Positions 22,490 through 32,576 are shown, numbered from the stretch's first letter. The stretch is DNA of 64,000 nt from Alphaproteobacteria bacterium (GCA_965232515.1 CBDDPY010000002.1:1152001-1216000); one strand, 5' to 3'. The notes: a model not told the origin generated them from the letters alone. Translations and numbers: made by a program.

Positions 22490-23446
22490 TCAATCGTCGC
22501 CTTCGCCCTGCTGCCATTTGCGGCGCTGCAGGCCGAACCAGCTGAACATGATCGCGGCCAGCAGAAACGGGATCATCGCCGTCGAGATCGCTGCGCCCTC
22601 GCCGAGATTGCCGCCCTGGATCGCCCGCTGGAACGACAGCGTCGCCATCAGATGCGTGGCGTTCACTGGCCCGCCGCGGGTCATCGCGTAGATCAGTTGG
22701 AAGTCGGTGAACGTGAACAGCACCGAAAACGTCATCACGACGGCGATGATCGGTGTCAGCATGGGATAGGTGATGTAGCGGAACATCTGCCAGCGCGAGG
22801 CGCCGTCAATGGTCGAGGCCTCGTAGAGCGAGGCCGGAATGGTCTGCAGTCCGGCGAGCAGCGTGATGGCGACGAACGGAATGCCGCGCCAGACGTTGGC
22901 CACGATCACAGAGGCGCGGGCGTTGTTCGGTTCGCCCAGGAAGTTGATGTTCTCCGTGATCAGGCCGAGCTGCGTCAGCGTCCAGCTGATAATCGAGAAC
23001 TGGGAATCGTAGATCCACCAGAACGCGATGGCCGAGAGCACGGTCGGCACGATGAACGGCAGCAGCACGATCGCCCGGATGAACGCCTTGAACGGCATGT
23101 GGTTGTTCAACAGGATCGCGAGGTAAAAGCCGAGCGCGAACTTCAGGATGCTGGCGACGATCGTGTAGAGAAACGTGTTGAAGACCGAGAGCCAGAACAC
23201 CGGATCGTCCATCAGCCATTCGAAGTTCTCCAGGCCGATGAAGACGCCGGGCCGTCCGATCTTGGCGTCCGTCAGGCTGAGCCAGATGCCAAGCCCCAGA
23301 GGATAGGTCAGAAACAGGACCAGGAAGGCGCCGGCTGGCAGCATGAACCAGAAGCCAAGGAAGTTGCGGTTGTCCCGCAAGCGGCTCCAGGCCCACCACG
23401 GCGTTGACGGTGAGGTATAACGCTCGGGATAGCTCTCGGTCGCCAC
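22490..23446 (-). CDS. Carbohydrate ABC transporter permease
   Basis: LYEASTIDGASRWQMFRYITYP. Confidence 0.9.
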   Translation of the reverse strand: MATESYPERYTSPSTPWWAWSRLRDNRNFLGFWFMLPAGAFLVLFLTYPLGLGIWLSLTDAKIGRPGVFIGLENFEWLMDDPVFWLSVFNTFLYTIVASILKFALGFYLAILLNNHMPFKAFIRAIVLLPFIVPTVLSAIAFWWIYDSQFSIISWTLTQLGLITENINFLGEPNNARASVIVANVWRGIPFVAITLLAGLQTIPASLYEASTIDGASRWQMFRYITYPMLTPIIAVVMTFSVLFTFTDFQLIYAMTRGGPVNATHLMATLSFQRAIQGGNLGEGAAISTAMIPFLLAAIMFSWFGLQRRKWQQGEGDD

Positions 23447-23463
23447 GGCGCGCTCCCCTATGG

Positions 23464-23516
23464 CCGGGTCCGGTTGGCGCGCCGCTTCTGCTGCGGCGCG
23501 CCAACCCGGGTCCGGC
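23464..23516 (-). terminator. Intra-operon stem-loop after the solute-binding protein gene
   Basis: GGTTGGCGCGCCGC...GCGGCGCGCCAACC inverted repeat; typical mRNA-stabilising hairpin position. Confidence 0.55.
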
Positions 23517-24835
23517 TAGACCCGATAGTAACGCAGCGCCCGCTTCTCGGCGCGCGCCGCCGCCTCTTTCGGCGAGGCCCGACCGGTCGCCGCCTCGGCC
23601 ACCAGATCGACGATGATGAAGTCGGCATAGGCGCTTGCCGCCGCGTAGCCCAGCGGTCCGCCATGGCCGATATCGAGCGACCGCACGGTCGCGGACTTGA
23701 AGACCTTGCGTTTCGGATCCTCGTCCCAGACCGGGTGATCTTCATAGGCCTTCAGCGTGTGGGTGAAGTAGCCGACCGACTGCTGCAGCCAGTCGTTGTA
23801 CTGCTTCGACTCCATCAGGAAGGCCAGCAGCGCCTTACAGGCATTCGGATACTTGCTGTATTGGAACGCCTCGATCGGGAACGGCAGCTGCAGTTCCGTG
23901 GGCTTGCCGACCGGACCGATCGGATAGTAGGCGTGATCCATGTCCTCGGCGATGTCGGTCATGCCTTGAGCGTTCGCCGCGGCATAGATGGAAATGCCGT
24001 TGTTGGTGTAACCGACCTCGCCCGACAGGAAGGCCTTGTTGTTGTGGCCGTCGGTCCAGGCCGCCGTGCCCGGCGTCCAGTGCTGGTAGAGCTCGCGGAT
24101 GTATTCCAAGGCCGCGACCGTCTCCGGACTGTTGATGACGACGTTGCCGTCGCCGTCGACCAGGCTGCCGCCAAAGGCCCAGATCAGCCAGTGCGTCCAG
24201 GCGTTGCCGTCGCCGGTCGCCTTGCCGAGCGCCATGCCGCCCGGATGGCCGATCTTCTTCATCTCGGCCGACAGTTTCAGTAGATCGTCGGTGTTGTCCG
24301 GGAACTTGTCGAAGCCGGCCTCGTTCATCCAGCTGATGCGGTAGTTTAGGTAGTTGCCACCGACGCACAGGGGCAGGGCGATCCAGCGGCCGTCGCGCGT
24401 GCCGTAGCGCTTCGGCATGTCGTACCACCCGCCGTATTTTCCGCCGAGGTAGTCCGCCACGTCGCTGACGTCGATCAGCTTGTCAGGAATCAGATGTGGG
24501 ATCGCCTGGGTGCCCCAAATGATGTCGGGGCCGGCGCCGACATTGGCCGCGACCGCCGCCTTGGGCTGGATGTCGTCGATGAACTCCTTGTCCAAGCGTA
24601 CCGGCACGCCGGTCGCCTCCGTGAACGCCGCGATGTTGGCGTCGAACTGAATATCCTCGGATTCGACGAACCGGTTCCAGCGCAGCATACGAAGCTTCGC
24701 GCCGTCCTCGGGCTTGAACGGATTGTCGGCCGCCCATGCGCGCGCCCAACCCAACAGATCGCTGCCCGCCAGCGCGGCGCCGGCGGCAAGTGCGGTCGTG
24801 CCCTGCAGGACACGGCGTCTTGAAATGTCTGTCAT
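23516..24835 (-). CDS. Carbohydrate ABC transporter substrate-binding protein (Tat signal)
   Basis: SRRRVLQG twin-arginine leader; SBP_bac_1-type features (GPDII, NNKAFLSG). Confidence 0.9.
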   Translation of the reverse strand: MTDISRRRVLQGTTALAAGAALAGSDLLGWARAWAADNPFKPEDGAKLRMLRWNRFVESEDIQFDANIAAFTEATGVPVRLDKEFIDDIQPKAAVAANVGAGPDIIWGTQAIPHLIPDKLIDVSDVADYLGGKYGGWYDMPKRYGTRDGRWIALPLCVGGNYLNYRISWMNEAGFDKFPDNTDDLLKLSAEMKKIGHPGGMALGKATGDGNAWTHWLIWAFGGSLVDGDGNVVINSPETVAALEYIRELYQHWTPGTAAWTDGHNNKAFLSGEVGYTNNGISIYAAANAQGMTDIAEDMDHAYYPIGPVGKPTELQLPFPIEAFQYSKYPNACKALLAFLMESKQYNDWLQQSVGYFTHTLKAYEDHPVWDEDPKRKVFKSATVRSLDIGHGGPLGYAAASAYADFIIVDLVAEAATGRASPKEAAARAEKRALRYYRV

Positions 24836-24979
24836 GACTGCCTCCTCCCGTACGTTTGCTTAGCGTTGTTCAGATCGTCGTGACCGATACGACAATTTGT
24901 CGATTGTCCTTGGTTACGCCGGTGTAATCGTCCTCCCGTAGTTTTTCCGTCACGTCGTCGTCGCCGGCGGCTTCGCGCG

Positions 24980-26056
24980 CTAGATCCGCGCGCCGGAACC
25001 GCCGTCGAACAGATGTATCTTGTCGAGCTCCGGCAACAGCGTGATGCGCTCACCGGGTCTGAAGTCGTGCCGTTCGCGAAACACGGCGTTGAGCTCGTGG
25101 CCGCTGACCCGGCCGACGACGAGGATCTCGGCGCCCGTCGGCTCCACGACGACGACCTCGCTCTGGAAGCCGAAATCGTCGCCGCCGTTGGCCAGCACCA
25201 GATGTTCGGGCCGCACGCCGTAGACGACGTCCCGGCCTTCGGCGGCGGCGTGGCCGTTCGGGATCGGCAGCTTCGTGCCGTCCGAGGCCTCGACAAACCT
25301 GCCGTCGCCATTGCTGCGCACCGTGCCCGAGACGAAGTTCATGGCCGGCGAGCCGATGAACCCCGCAACGAACACGTTGTCGGGATGGTCATAGAGCTCG
25401 AGCGGCTGTCCGATCTGCTCGACGATACCGTCATGCATGACGACGATCCTGTCCGCCATGGTCAGCGCCTCGATCTGATCGTGCGTGACATAGACCGTGG
25501 TCGTGCGCAGCCGCTGGTGCAGCTCTTTGATCTCGGTCCGCATCTGCACGCGCAGCTTGGCGTCGAGATTCGACAACGGCTCGTCGAACAGAAACACCTG
25601 CGGATCGCGCACGATGGCGCGGCCCATGGCGACACGCTGGCGCTGCCCGCCGGACAGCTGCCGAGGATAGCGTTCCAGGTATTCGCCGAGGTTCAGGATC
25701 TCGGCCGCCTCGCGAACGCGCTGGTCGATCATCTTCCGGTCCGCGCGGCGCAGCTTCAGGCTGAAGCCCATGTTGTCGTAGACCGTCATATGCGGATAGA
25801 GCGCGTAGTTCTGGAACACCATGGCGACATCGCGTTCCTTCGGCGGCATTACGTTGACGATGCGCCCGTCGATCGCGATTTCACCGCCGGTGATTGGCTC
25901 CAGCCCGGCGATCATCCGAAGCAGGGTTGATTTACCGCACCCCGAAGGGCCGACCAGCACCACGAACTCGCCGTCGCCGATCTCGACGTCCACGCCATGA
26001 ATGACTTCGGTGGATCCAAACGCCTTGAAGACCCGACGCACTTCGACGCTGGCCAA
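24980..26056 (-). CDS. Carbohydrate ABC transporter ATP-binding protein (MalK/UgpC-like)
   Basis: GPSGCGKST, VFQNYALYPHM, LSGGQRQR, DEPLSNLDAKLR. Confidence 0.95.
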   Translation of the reverse strand: MASVEVRRVFKAFGSTEVIHGVDVEIGDGEFVVLVGPSGCGKSTLLRMIAGLEPITGGEIAIDGRIVNVMPPKERDVAMVFQNYALYPHMTVYDNMGFSLKLRRADRKMIDQRVREAAEILNLGEYLERYPRQLSGGQRQRVAMGRAIVRDPQVFLFDEPLSNLDAKLRVQMRTEIKELHQRLRTTTVYVTHDQIEALTMADRIVVMHDGIVEQIGQPLELYDHPDNVFVAGFIGSPAMNFVSGTVRSNGDGRFVEASDGTKLPIPNGHAAAEGRDVVYGVRPEHLVLANGGDDFGFQSEVVVVEPTGAEILVVGRVSGHELNAVFRERHDFRPGERITLLPELDKIHLFDGGSGARI

Positions 26057-26688
26057 AAACTACCCTCCCGTTTTCACGACCGACATGGGTCCACCCGCCC
26101 GTTCGGCCGTTATTCGGTGAATGGAACGGCCCTATCGTTTTCCGAGTTATGTCCGGGCAGGCCAAGCTAGCCTGATTGAGAAACCGACGCGCGTCAACCG
26201 GCGGCCGCGCCGACGTCAGGTCGGAGCCGCCGCTCAGCCGGAACGCTGCAGAGTTGTAGGGATCGCGGCCTGGCTTTCGGCCCGGCGCGTGGCGGCCGCG
26301 GCGTCCCAGTCGGTACACAAACCGCGGTTTTCCAAGGGCGCCGAGATCCATCCATAGGCCGCCGGTCGCCCGTGGTCTGCGGCCCGGATGGTGGGAGTGT
26401 TTCCCGTAAATGTTGTAGCTGATGGCCGACGGAAGGACGCGGCATATAGCCGGTCCAACATGCAAAAACCATTAATAATTGTTTTAAAATCTTTTTGCAC
26501 ATCTAAGCAAATCAATCACTTGGCCTACACGCCTATCCACTGCAAAAATCGCAATGCAAAAACACCGATTGTGATTTGCAGATCTGCCGCGATCTGATGA
26601 ATTTGATGAAATTTCCGCATATTCATGCGGGAGACACACGCGTTGGTTATGGTAAAGTTTCAGTTAAGGCCAAGGGGAGAGTCAAAAA

Positions 26689-27492
26689 ATGTCGGCACAA
26701 CAACTCGTTCGTTCCTTCATCAACATGCTTAAGGAAGATGGTTACTTTGTAACCATTAGCAGCGACCTAGAGGACTGGGTCGCATTGATGAGCGCAGCGC
26801 CGAAAATCAGTGTCATCAATCCGACATTCGATCCGAGGGTGAGCGATCTATCGGCAAAAAACAGTTTCTGGCTGCGGGTCACCGACCAGACCGACACACC
26901 GGTCGCCTGTATCGCCAACCGCCTGTTCGTCACCGACGACTATGTCGAGGTCATACGGTCATGGCGGCTGTGGTACGACCGCGGCCTGACTGCGATCCGC
27001 CCGCTCAACATGGTGCTGCCGGACGATCTTCCGTTCATCGACGGGCGCATCGGCCATCATGGCGGTCTGTGGGTGCATCCCGATCACCGCAAGCGCGGCC
27101 TGTCGTTCGTGCTGCCGCGCCTGACGCGGGCCCTGTCGCTGGTGCGGTTCCGTCCCGATTGGCATTGCGGCATGGTGTTCGCCGCGCTTGGCGACAGCCG
27201 GCTGCCGCTCGCCAACTACGGCTACCCGCACATGGTGCCGTGTATCGAGGGATACTTCCCCGTCACCGACCGGCCGGAGCGGGTCTACATGACCTATATT
27301 TCGCGGGAAGAAATGTTAGATCAGACGCGAGGGGATCTCGACCTTCTGGAACTTAACCCCAACAAGAAGGCGGTCGACGTCATGGCCATTGCTCGCCAGC
27401 GGCAGGATCAGCCGGCTATAGCCCCGCGTCGAGTAGTTCATGAACGCCCCGACGTGCTGGTACCGCGGCACGCAGGTGTACTTCACGGTTAG
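26689..27492 (+). CDS. Uncharacterised GNAT-fold protein
   Basis: GGGGAG RBS; motif GGLWVHPDHRKRGL resembles the GNAT acyl-CoA-binding motif A. Confidence 0.65.
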   Translation: MSAQQLVRSFINMLKEDGYFVTISSDLEDWVALMSAAPKISVINPTFDPRVSDLSAKNSFWLRVTDQTDTPVACIANRLFVTDDYVEVIRSWRLWYDRGLTAIRPLNMVLPDDLPFIDGRIGHHGGLWVHPDHRKRGLSFVLPRLTRALSLVRFRPDWHCGMVFAALGDSRLPLANYGYPHMVPCIEGYFPVTDRPERVYMTYISREEMLDQTRGDLDLLELNPNKKAVDVMAIARQRQDQPAIAPRRVVHERPDVLVPRHAGVLHG

Positions 27493-27873
27493 GTAGTCTT
27501 CCTGTAGAGCTTTTGAGTAGATCTCGACAGGGTAGTCGCCGATCCGCAGTCCGGTGTAGTCCTTGCCCTTGTCGAGGGTCATCTTGGAGCCGTAGAGCCG
27601 GAAAAAGAAGTTGCCCGGGTTCTCCTGGCTGACGTCCAGGATGTGGACTGTGCCCATGATGCCGATCTTGCCGAGGATGACCGGATCGATGTCGTCCTTG
27701 CTGGGCAGGTTGGCGCCCTTGTGCAGCGACATCCAATACTCCAGCAAGCCATTCAGCCGCTGGTCTTCCAACATCTGCAGATCGTCCAGACCATAATGAT
27801 AGCGGACGAGGATATCTTCGCCCTTGTAGGTCTGGTCCGTCGAAACGCGGTGAGCGATTGGCCGCACAGCCAT
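27316..27873 (-). CDS. Stand-alone PAS-domain protein (PAS_5/DUF1457-like)
   Basis: LLEYW...LPSKDDIDP...FFFRLYG...RLILPLASNG. Confidence 0.8.
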   Translation of the reverse strand: MAVRPIAHRVSTDQTYKGEDILVRYHYGLDDLQMLEDQRLNGLLEYWMSLHKGANLPSKDDIDPVILGKIGIMGTVHILDVSQENPGNFFFRLYGSKMTLDKGKDYTGLRIGDYPVEIYSKALQEDYLTVKYTCVPRYQHVGAFMNYSTRGYSRLILPLASNGHDVDRLLVGVKFQKVEIPSRLI

Positions 27874-28178
27874 GTCTATAAATCCCTACAGGATTCCCTC
27901 TATATAGACGTTATCTATTTGCATGAATTGATCGCTCCAACACAAGAGAAATATTGACCCAGCGAACCTGACTGTAGTTCCCAACTACCCGAATTATCAA
28001 ACCTGCACCAGATCTAACCTGGGTCGATGATCGGCAAGATCCATACAATTTTTGCTGAAACTACTCGAGATTGCATCTCGCAGACCGCTGGAATTTGGCG
28101 TCCGATTGCCCGAAAGTCCGCCGATACCAAGGCCCTCGGCAGATCCATCCTGCCGCATGGAAGTATGGTCGGCGTCAC

Positions 28179-28193
28179 TTAATGCGGCGTTAA
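28179..28193. promoter_or_regulatory. CtrA-type box TTAA-N7-TTAA
   Basis: TTAATGCGGCGTTAA in the intergenic region about 300 bp upstream of the PAS gene. Confidence 0.55.
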
Positions 28194-28382
28194 TATCCGT
28201 CATAATCGCCCGTCGCAGTTGATTGAAAACAGACCAAGGTTTTTTTGTCTCTTTAGCCCGTTAGACGCCAATTTGTAAGCGGCAACCCAACATATTCCGC
28301 CAAGGCCATGAAATTGACACCCCTCGGGTGCCCCCTGCCGCAGGCAGTCCCCTGGGGCTGACTGGCGACCTTTGGGCCGCCT

Positions 28383-28997
28383 CTATCCGGCCGGCGGTTG
28401 GGTTTTCTGCATCGACGGACGCTGCGCGAAACTCTCGTACCAGGCCGCCAGCCTCGGACGGCCGGGACGCCAGTCGTTGTCCGCAAACCTGAAGTCGAGA
28501 TACCCCAGGGCGCAGCCGATCGAAATCGCGCCGATATCAAGATCGCCCGAGAGGCTGTCGACGTCGGCTTCCAGGGCGTCCAACGCCCGCGAAATCTTTG
28601 CTTGCTGACTTGTCGACCAGTCGTCCCAGCGCAGTGGCTCCGGCCGGAGCGCCGCTTCATAGCGGCAGAGAACGGCCGCATCCATGATCCCGTCGGCCAG
28701 CGCCTGGCGTCGCAGGGCCGGCCAGCGCGCGCCGCCGGCGGGAAACATCTTCGGCCCCGCATGCTCCAGACTGTCGAGATACTCACAAACGACCGGCGAA
28801 TCGTAGAGCGCGGCGCCGTCATCCAACAGCAGCGCCGGTATCTTGCCGACCGGATTGCCGGCGTTCAGACGGTCGTCGGGATTGACCGGCGAGACGGTCA
28901 CCGGCTCGATCTGGAGCTGCTCGATCAACCCGGTTTCATGCGCCAGAACCAAGACCTTGCGCACGAAAGGTGAAGCGGCGGCGTAGAACAATTGCAT
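28383..28997 (-). CDS. Glutathione S-transferase family protein
   Basis: ASPFVRKV, NPVGKIPAL, LYDSPVVCEYLD. Confidence 0.92.
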   Translation of the reverse strand: MQLFYAAASPFVRKVLVLAHETGLIEQLQIEPVTVSPVNPDDRLNAGNPVGKIPALLLDDGAALYDSPVVCEYLDSLEHAGPKMFPAGGARWPALRRQALADGIMDAAVLCRYEAALRPEPLRWDDWSTSQQAKISRALDALEADVDSLSGDLDIGAISIGCALGYLDFRFADNDWRPGRPRLAAWYESFAQRPSMQKTQPPAG

Positions 28998-29032
28998 CGT
29001 TTGGTCATCTCCTCGGAATAGCGACGTATCGG

Positions 29033-30712
29033 TCAGTTTTCGAATCTGTCGAGAATGCGTCCCGGCGCTGCCCCGACATCGCGACGGCCGTCGGCATCCG
29101 CGACACGGATGCCATTCACCCAGACTCCGTGCACGCCGATGGCGTCCCGGACCAGCCGGCTGTCGCCCCCCGGCAGGTCCCAGACGCGGCGCGGTTTGGA
29201 CACCGCCACGGTATCGGCGTCGAACAGCAACAGATCGGCGTGGGCGCCAACCTCGATACGGCCACGGCCGGTGATCCCATAGATATCGGCCGGCAGACTG
29301 GTGACCTGGCGGACGGCCTCCGCCAGCGAAAACGCCTGCCGCTCGCGCACCCAATGACCGAACAGATGCAGCGCATAGCCGGCGTCACACATGAACATCA
29401 GGTGCGCGCCCGCGTCGGACATGCTGATCACGCTCGCCTCATGTCGCAGCAGGGGCTCCACCGCATCCTCGTCGGCGTTCAGCAGCTTTGCCGAAAATAC
29501 GGTGCCCAAGTCCTCGGCCAGCGCCATGTCGAAGAACAGGTCGACGGGATCGGCGCCCTCGGCGGCGGCGAGCTGATCCAACTGTGCGCCCTCCGCCGCA
29601 CGATAGGCCGGCGTCGCCGCCTGCGCCACCTCAACCCGGTGCCAATCGCCATAGAACAGCTTGCCTTTGGTGGGGGTGGCCAGTTGCCGGCGGAAGGCGT
29701 CGCGGAACGACGGATCGGTGATCGCGCGCGCCACCGAGTCCGCGTCGGCGCCGCGCAGGTCGGCCCAGACCTCCAGGCTTTGCAGCGGATAGGCATTGGC
29801 CAGCGTGAAATCCATGCTCAGCGGCTGGCACGACACCTGGGCATGCACCCGATTGCCGCGTTGCTGGGCGGCCACGCAATCGTCGAGCATGGCCGGACAG
29901 CGTTCCGGAAACTGCTCGTTGTGCAGTAGTCCGGAAAAGATGATCGGACGGCCGGTATCGACTGCCAGGGATTCAAGGAACGGCACTGTCGTGCCCGGAC
30001 CGGCGGTCATCTGGAAGATCCCGCGGCGAGCTTCGCCGAGCGCGCCAACGAGACTGCGCATTTCGTCCTCGTTCGCCAGACGAGACGGCATCGGCACACC
30101 GCCATAGCCGCGATGGCTCAGGCTTTGCGACGAGGCGAAGCCGATCGCGCCGGCCTGTACCGCGTCCAGGACAAGCCGGCGCATATCGGCGACCTCGTCG
30201 GACGTCGCCTCACGCACCGAAGCCTCGTCCCCCATCACCACGCTGCGGACCGTCGAATGGCCGACGAACACGCCGACATTCGGATGGCTGCCTTTTCTGC
30301 GCAGCAGGTTGAGGTAGTCCGAGAAGCTTTCGAAGCTCCAGTCGATTCCGGTCTCGAGCGCAGTTAGCGACATACCCTCGACCTCTGACAGATTGCGGGC
30401 GATCGCGTCGCGCTGCGCCGGTGGGGCGGGCGCGATGCCAAAGCCGCAATTGCCCATCACGACCGTCGTCACGCCAAGCGACGGTGACGGCGAAGCCGTG
30501 CTGTCCCAGGTCAGCTGGGCGTCGTAGTGGGTATGGACGTCGACAACCCCTGGGGCCAACACCAGGCCGTCCGCGTCAATTGTCTCGGCCGCGGGTTCGG
30601 CGACACGTCCGATTTCAGCGATCCGACCATCCTTGACGGCGACATCGGCGGGACGTGTCGGATTACCCGACCCATCGGCCAGGCAGGCGCCGCGGATCAG
30701 CAACTCATTCAT
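29033..30712 (-). CDS. N-acyl-D-amino-acid deacylase family amidohydrolase
   Basis: DVHTHYDAQ, GVTTVVMGNCG, SDAGAH. Confidence 0.88.
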   Translation of the reverse strand: MNELLIRGACLADGSGNPTRPADVAVKDGRIAEIGRVAEPAAETIDADGLVLAPGVVDVHTHYDAQLTWDSTASPSPSLGVTTVVMGNCGFGIAPAPPAQRDAIARNLSEVEGMSLTALETGIDWSFESFSDYLNLLRRKGSHPNVGVFVGHSTVRSVVMGDEASVREATSDEVADMRRLVLDAVQAGAIGFASSQSLSHRGYGGVPMPSRLANEDEMRSLVGALGEARRGIFQMTAGPGTTVPFLESLAVDTGRPIIFSGLLHNEQFPERCPAMLDDCVAAQQRGNRVHAQVSCQPLSMDFTLANAYPLQSLEVWADLRGADADSVARAITDPSFRDAFRRQLATPTKGKLFYGDWHRVEVAQAATPAYRAAEGAQLDQLAAAEGADPVDLFFDMALAEDLGTVFSAKLLNADEDAVEPLLRHEASVISMSDAGAHLMFMCDAGYALHLFGHWVRERQAFSLAEAVRQVTSLPADIYGITGRGRIEVGAHADLLLFDADTVAVSKPRRVWDLPGGDSRLVRDAIGVHGVWVNGIRVADADGRRDVGAAPGRILDRFEN

Positions 30713-30800
30713 GTCGGTTCCCCAAGCGGTCGGCGTCACGAACGGTGCGAGCATAGCACGCAATCCAGTGCCCGGTGCCCAGCCCGGCCGGACCGGGCAC

Positions 30801-30868
30801 CGGCAAATATTGCCGCAAAAGCCGGCAATATTTGCCGGAACGGCAATTCCTTCCCGGCAGATTTCGCC
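30801..30868. promoter_or_regulatory. Cluster of ftr-like (FlbD-type) enhancer sites
   Basis: CGGCAAATATTGCCG (30801-30815), its exact reverse complement CGGCAATATTTGCCG (30823-30837) and two degenerate CGGCA copies (30841, 30855), about 75-140 bp upstream of a sigma-54 site. Confidence 0.7.
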
Positions 30869-30940
30869 TATGGTTAACACTCAACAACCATGAAAATATA
30901 TTTATTACAATTAGCTATAGAATTTTTTTAATTCGATACT

Positions 30941-30957
30941 TTGGCATGGTAATTGCT
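30941..30957 (+). promoter_or_regulatory. Sigma-54 (-24/-12) promoter of flagellin
   Basis: TTGGCATGGTAATTGCT, GG-N10-GC, preceded by an AT-rich tract. Confidence 0.85.
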
Positions 30958-31033
30958 GCCTAGTTCTTCAGGCGCAGAGTGCGCCTTCCTGCGCGAAGCG
31001 CGGGTATTTGCTTCAGAATGAGGAGCTCGTTCC

Positions 31034-31849
31034 ATGACTTTGTCCATTAACACCAACCGGGGCGCGATGGCCGCCCTGCAGAACCTGAACAGCACCAACC
31101 GGATGCTGGAGAAGACCCAGCTCGCCATCACCACCGGCCTCAAGGTCAGCGGCCCGAAAGACGACGCCGCGACATACGCCATCGCCCAGAACCTGCGCGG
31201 TGACATCGCCGGTATGACCGCCGTCAAGACCGCGCTCGCCAACGGCGAGGCCACCCTCGACGTCGCCATCACCGCCGGCCAGTCGATCAGCGACCTGCTG
31301 ACCGAAATGAAGGCCAAGGTCGTGCAGGCCAACCAGGCCGGCCTGGACAGCGCCTCGCGCTCGTCCCTGCACAACGACTTCGTCGCGCTGCGCGATCAGA
31401 TCGCCACCGTCGTCGCCACCGCCGACTTCAACGGCACCAATCTGATCAACACCAGCGCCTCGGCGACCTCGGTGCTCAGCACGGTCGACGGCTCGACCAT
31501 CGCCGTCAGCGCCCAGAAGATGGACTCCAGCACGCTCGGCATCGCGTCCTCGGACCTGACCTCCAGCGCCAACGCCGCCACCGCGCTCACCGCCATCGAC
31601 ACCGCCATCACCAAGGTGTCGGACAAGCTGGCGGCGCTCGGTTCCGTGGCCAAGCGCATCGAAGTGCAGTCCGAGTTCACGACCAAACTGCAGGACATCT
31701 TCAAGGCCGGTGTCGGCAACCTGGTCGACGCCGACCTGGCGGCCGAGAGCGCCAAGCTGCAGTCGCTGCAGATCCAGCAGCAGCTCGGCGTGCAGTCGCT
31801 CGCCATCGCAAACTCCGGACCGCAGACCATCCTCGCGCTGTTCGGCTAA
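31034..31849 (+). CDS. Flagellin (short, Caulobacter-like)
   Basis: SINTNRGAMAALQNL, ITTGLKV, GNLVDADLAAESAKLQSLQIQQQLGVQSLAIANSGPQTILALF. Confidence 0.96.
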   Translation: MTLSINTNRGAMAALQNLNSTNRMLEKTQLAITTGLKVSGPKDDAATYAIAQNLRGDIAGMTAVKTALANGEATLDVAITAGQSISDLLTEMKAKVVQANQAGLDSASRSSLHNDFVALRDQIATVVATADFNGTNLINTSASATSVLSTVDGSTIAVSAQKMDSSTLGIASSDLTSSANAATALTAIDTAITKVSDKLAALGSVAKRIEVQSEFTTKLQDIFKAGVGNLVDADLAAESAKLQSLQIQQQLGVQSLAIANSGPQTILALFG

Positions 31850-31887
31850 GACGATCGGGACAGTCCCATTTTCCCGACCACACTTGG

Positions 31888-31923
31888 AGACGGGGCTGGT
31901 TCGCCAGCCCCGTCTTTCTTTTT
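31888..31923 (+). terminator. Rho-independent terminator after flagellin
   Basis: AGACGGGGCTGG-TTCG-CCAGCCCCGTCT followed by TTCTTTTT. Confidence 0.85.
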
Positions 31924-32046
31924 GCCGGCAAGCGCACAGACCGGCGGCACGCTCACAGAATGGTTGCAATGACCCGCTGGCATTGAAACCGAAAAGGTTG
32001 TCTTATTGGCCGCACTTGCCGACCAACAGTCGCCGATCCGCCGCCC

Positions 32047-32514
32047 ATGAACGCCTTTCATCTGCAGCCACCGACCCCACGCTTCGTTACGGATCGCTTC
32101 GAGCAGGCCTTGGCTTACTGGGAGTCGAAACGACAGGGGCGCCGAATGCCGTCCCGGCGCGATATCGATCCGCTCGAAATTCCATCGTTCCTGGCCAATG
32201 TCGTCCTGGTCGACGTCAGGCACGATCCGTTGGACTTCAGCTATCGACTGATTGGCACGTCCGTGGTGCAACGGATCGAGCGTGACTATACCGGCGTCCG
32301 GTTCATGGACATTCCGCACCAGCGGCCCGGCAGCCGGGTCTGGGACGCCGCCGTCCGGCTCGTGCATGAGAAACAGCCGTTCTACAGCGATATCCCCTAT
32401 GTCGGTCCGGACGCCTTCGTCGACGACTACCAGGATCTCTACATGCCGCTGTCGGACGACGGCGACACCGTCAATATGATCTTCGGGCTGATCGAGTTCG
32501 AAATGCGCCGCTGA
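32047..32514 (+). CDS. Stand-alone PAS-domain protein (PAS_5/DUF1457-like)
   Basis: LAYWESKR...MPSRRDIDP...FSYRLIGT...LYMPLSDDGDTVNMI. Confidence 0.85.
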   Translation: MNAFHLQPPTPRFVTDRFEQALAYWESKRQGRRMPSRRDIDPLEIPSFLANVVLVDVRHDPLDFSYRLIGTSVVQRIERDYTGVRFMDIPHQRPGSRVWDAAVRLVHEKQPFYSDIPYVGPDAFVDDYQDLYMPLSDDGDTVNMIFGLIEFEMRR

Positions 32515-32576
32515 CGGCCATTTTCGGCCACGGCGAAAGCCGTTGACATTCGGCCGGCTTGTGGCAGACAGACGCC

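Noticed and set aside
26234-26461. 75 aa minus-strand ORF (MLDRLYAASF...)
   Set aside because: No clear RBS, motif or codon-bias support; left uncalled.
26472-26487. CtrA box
   Set aside because: Spacing is TTAA-N8-TTAA rather than N7.
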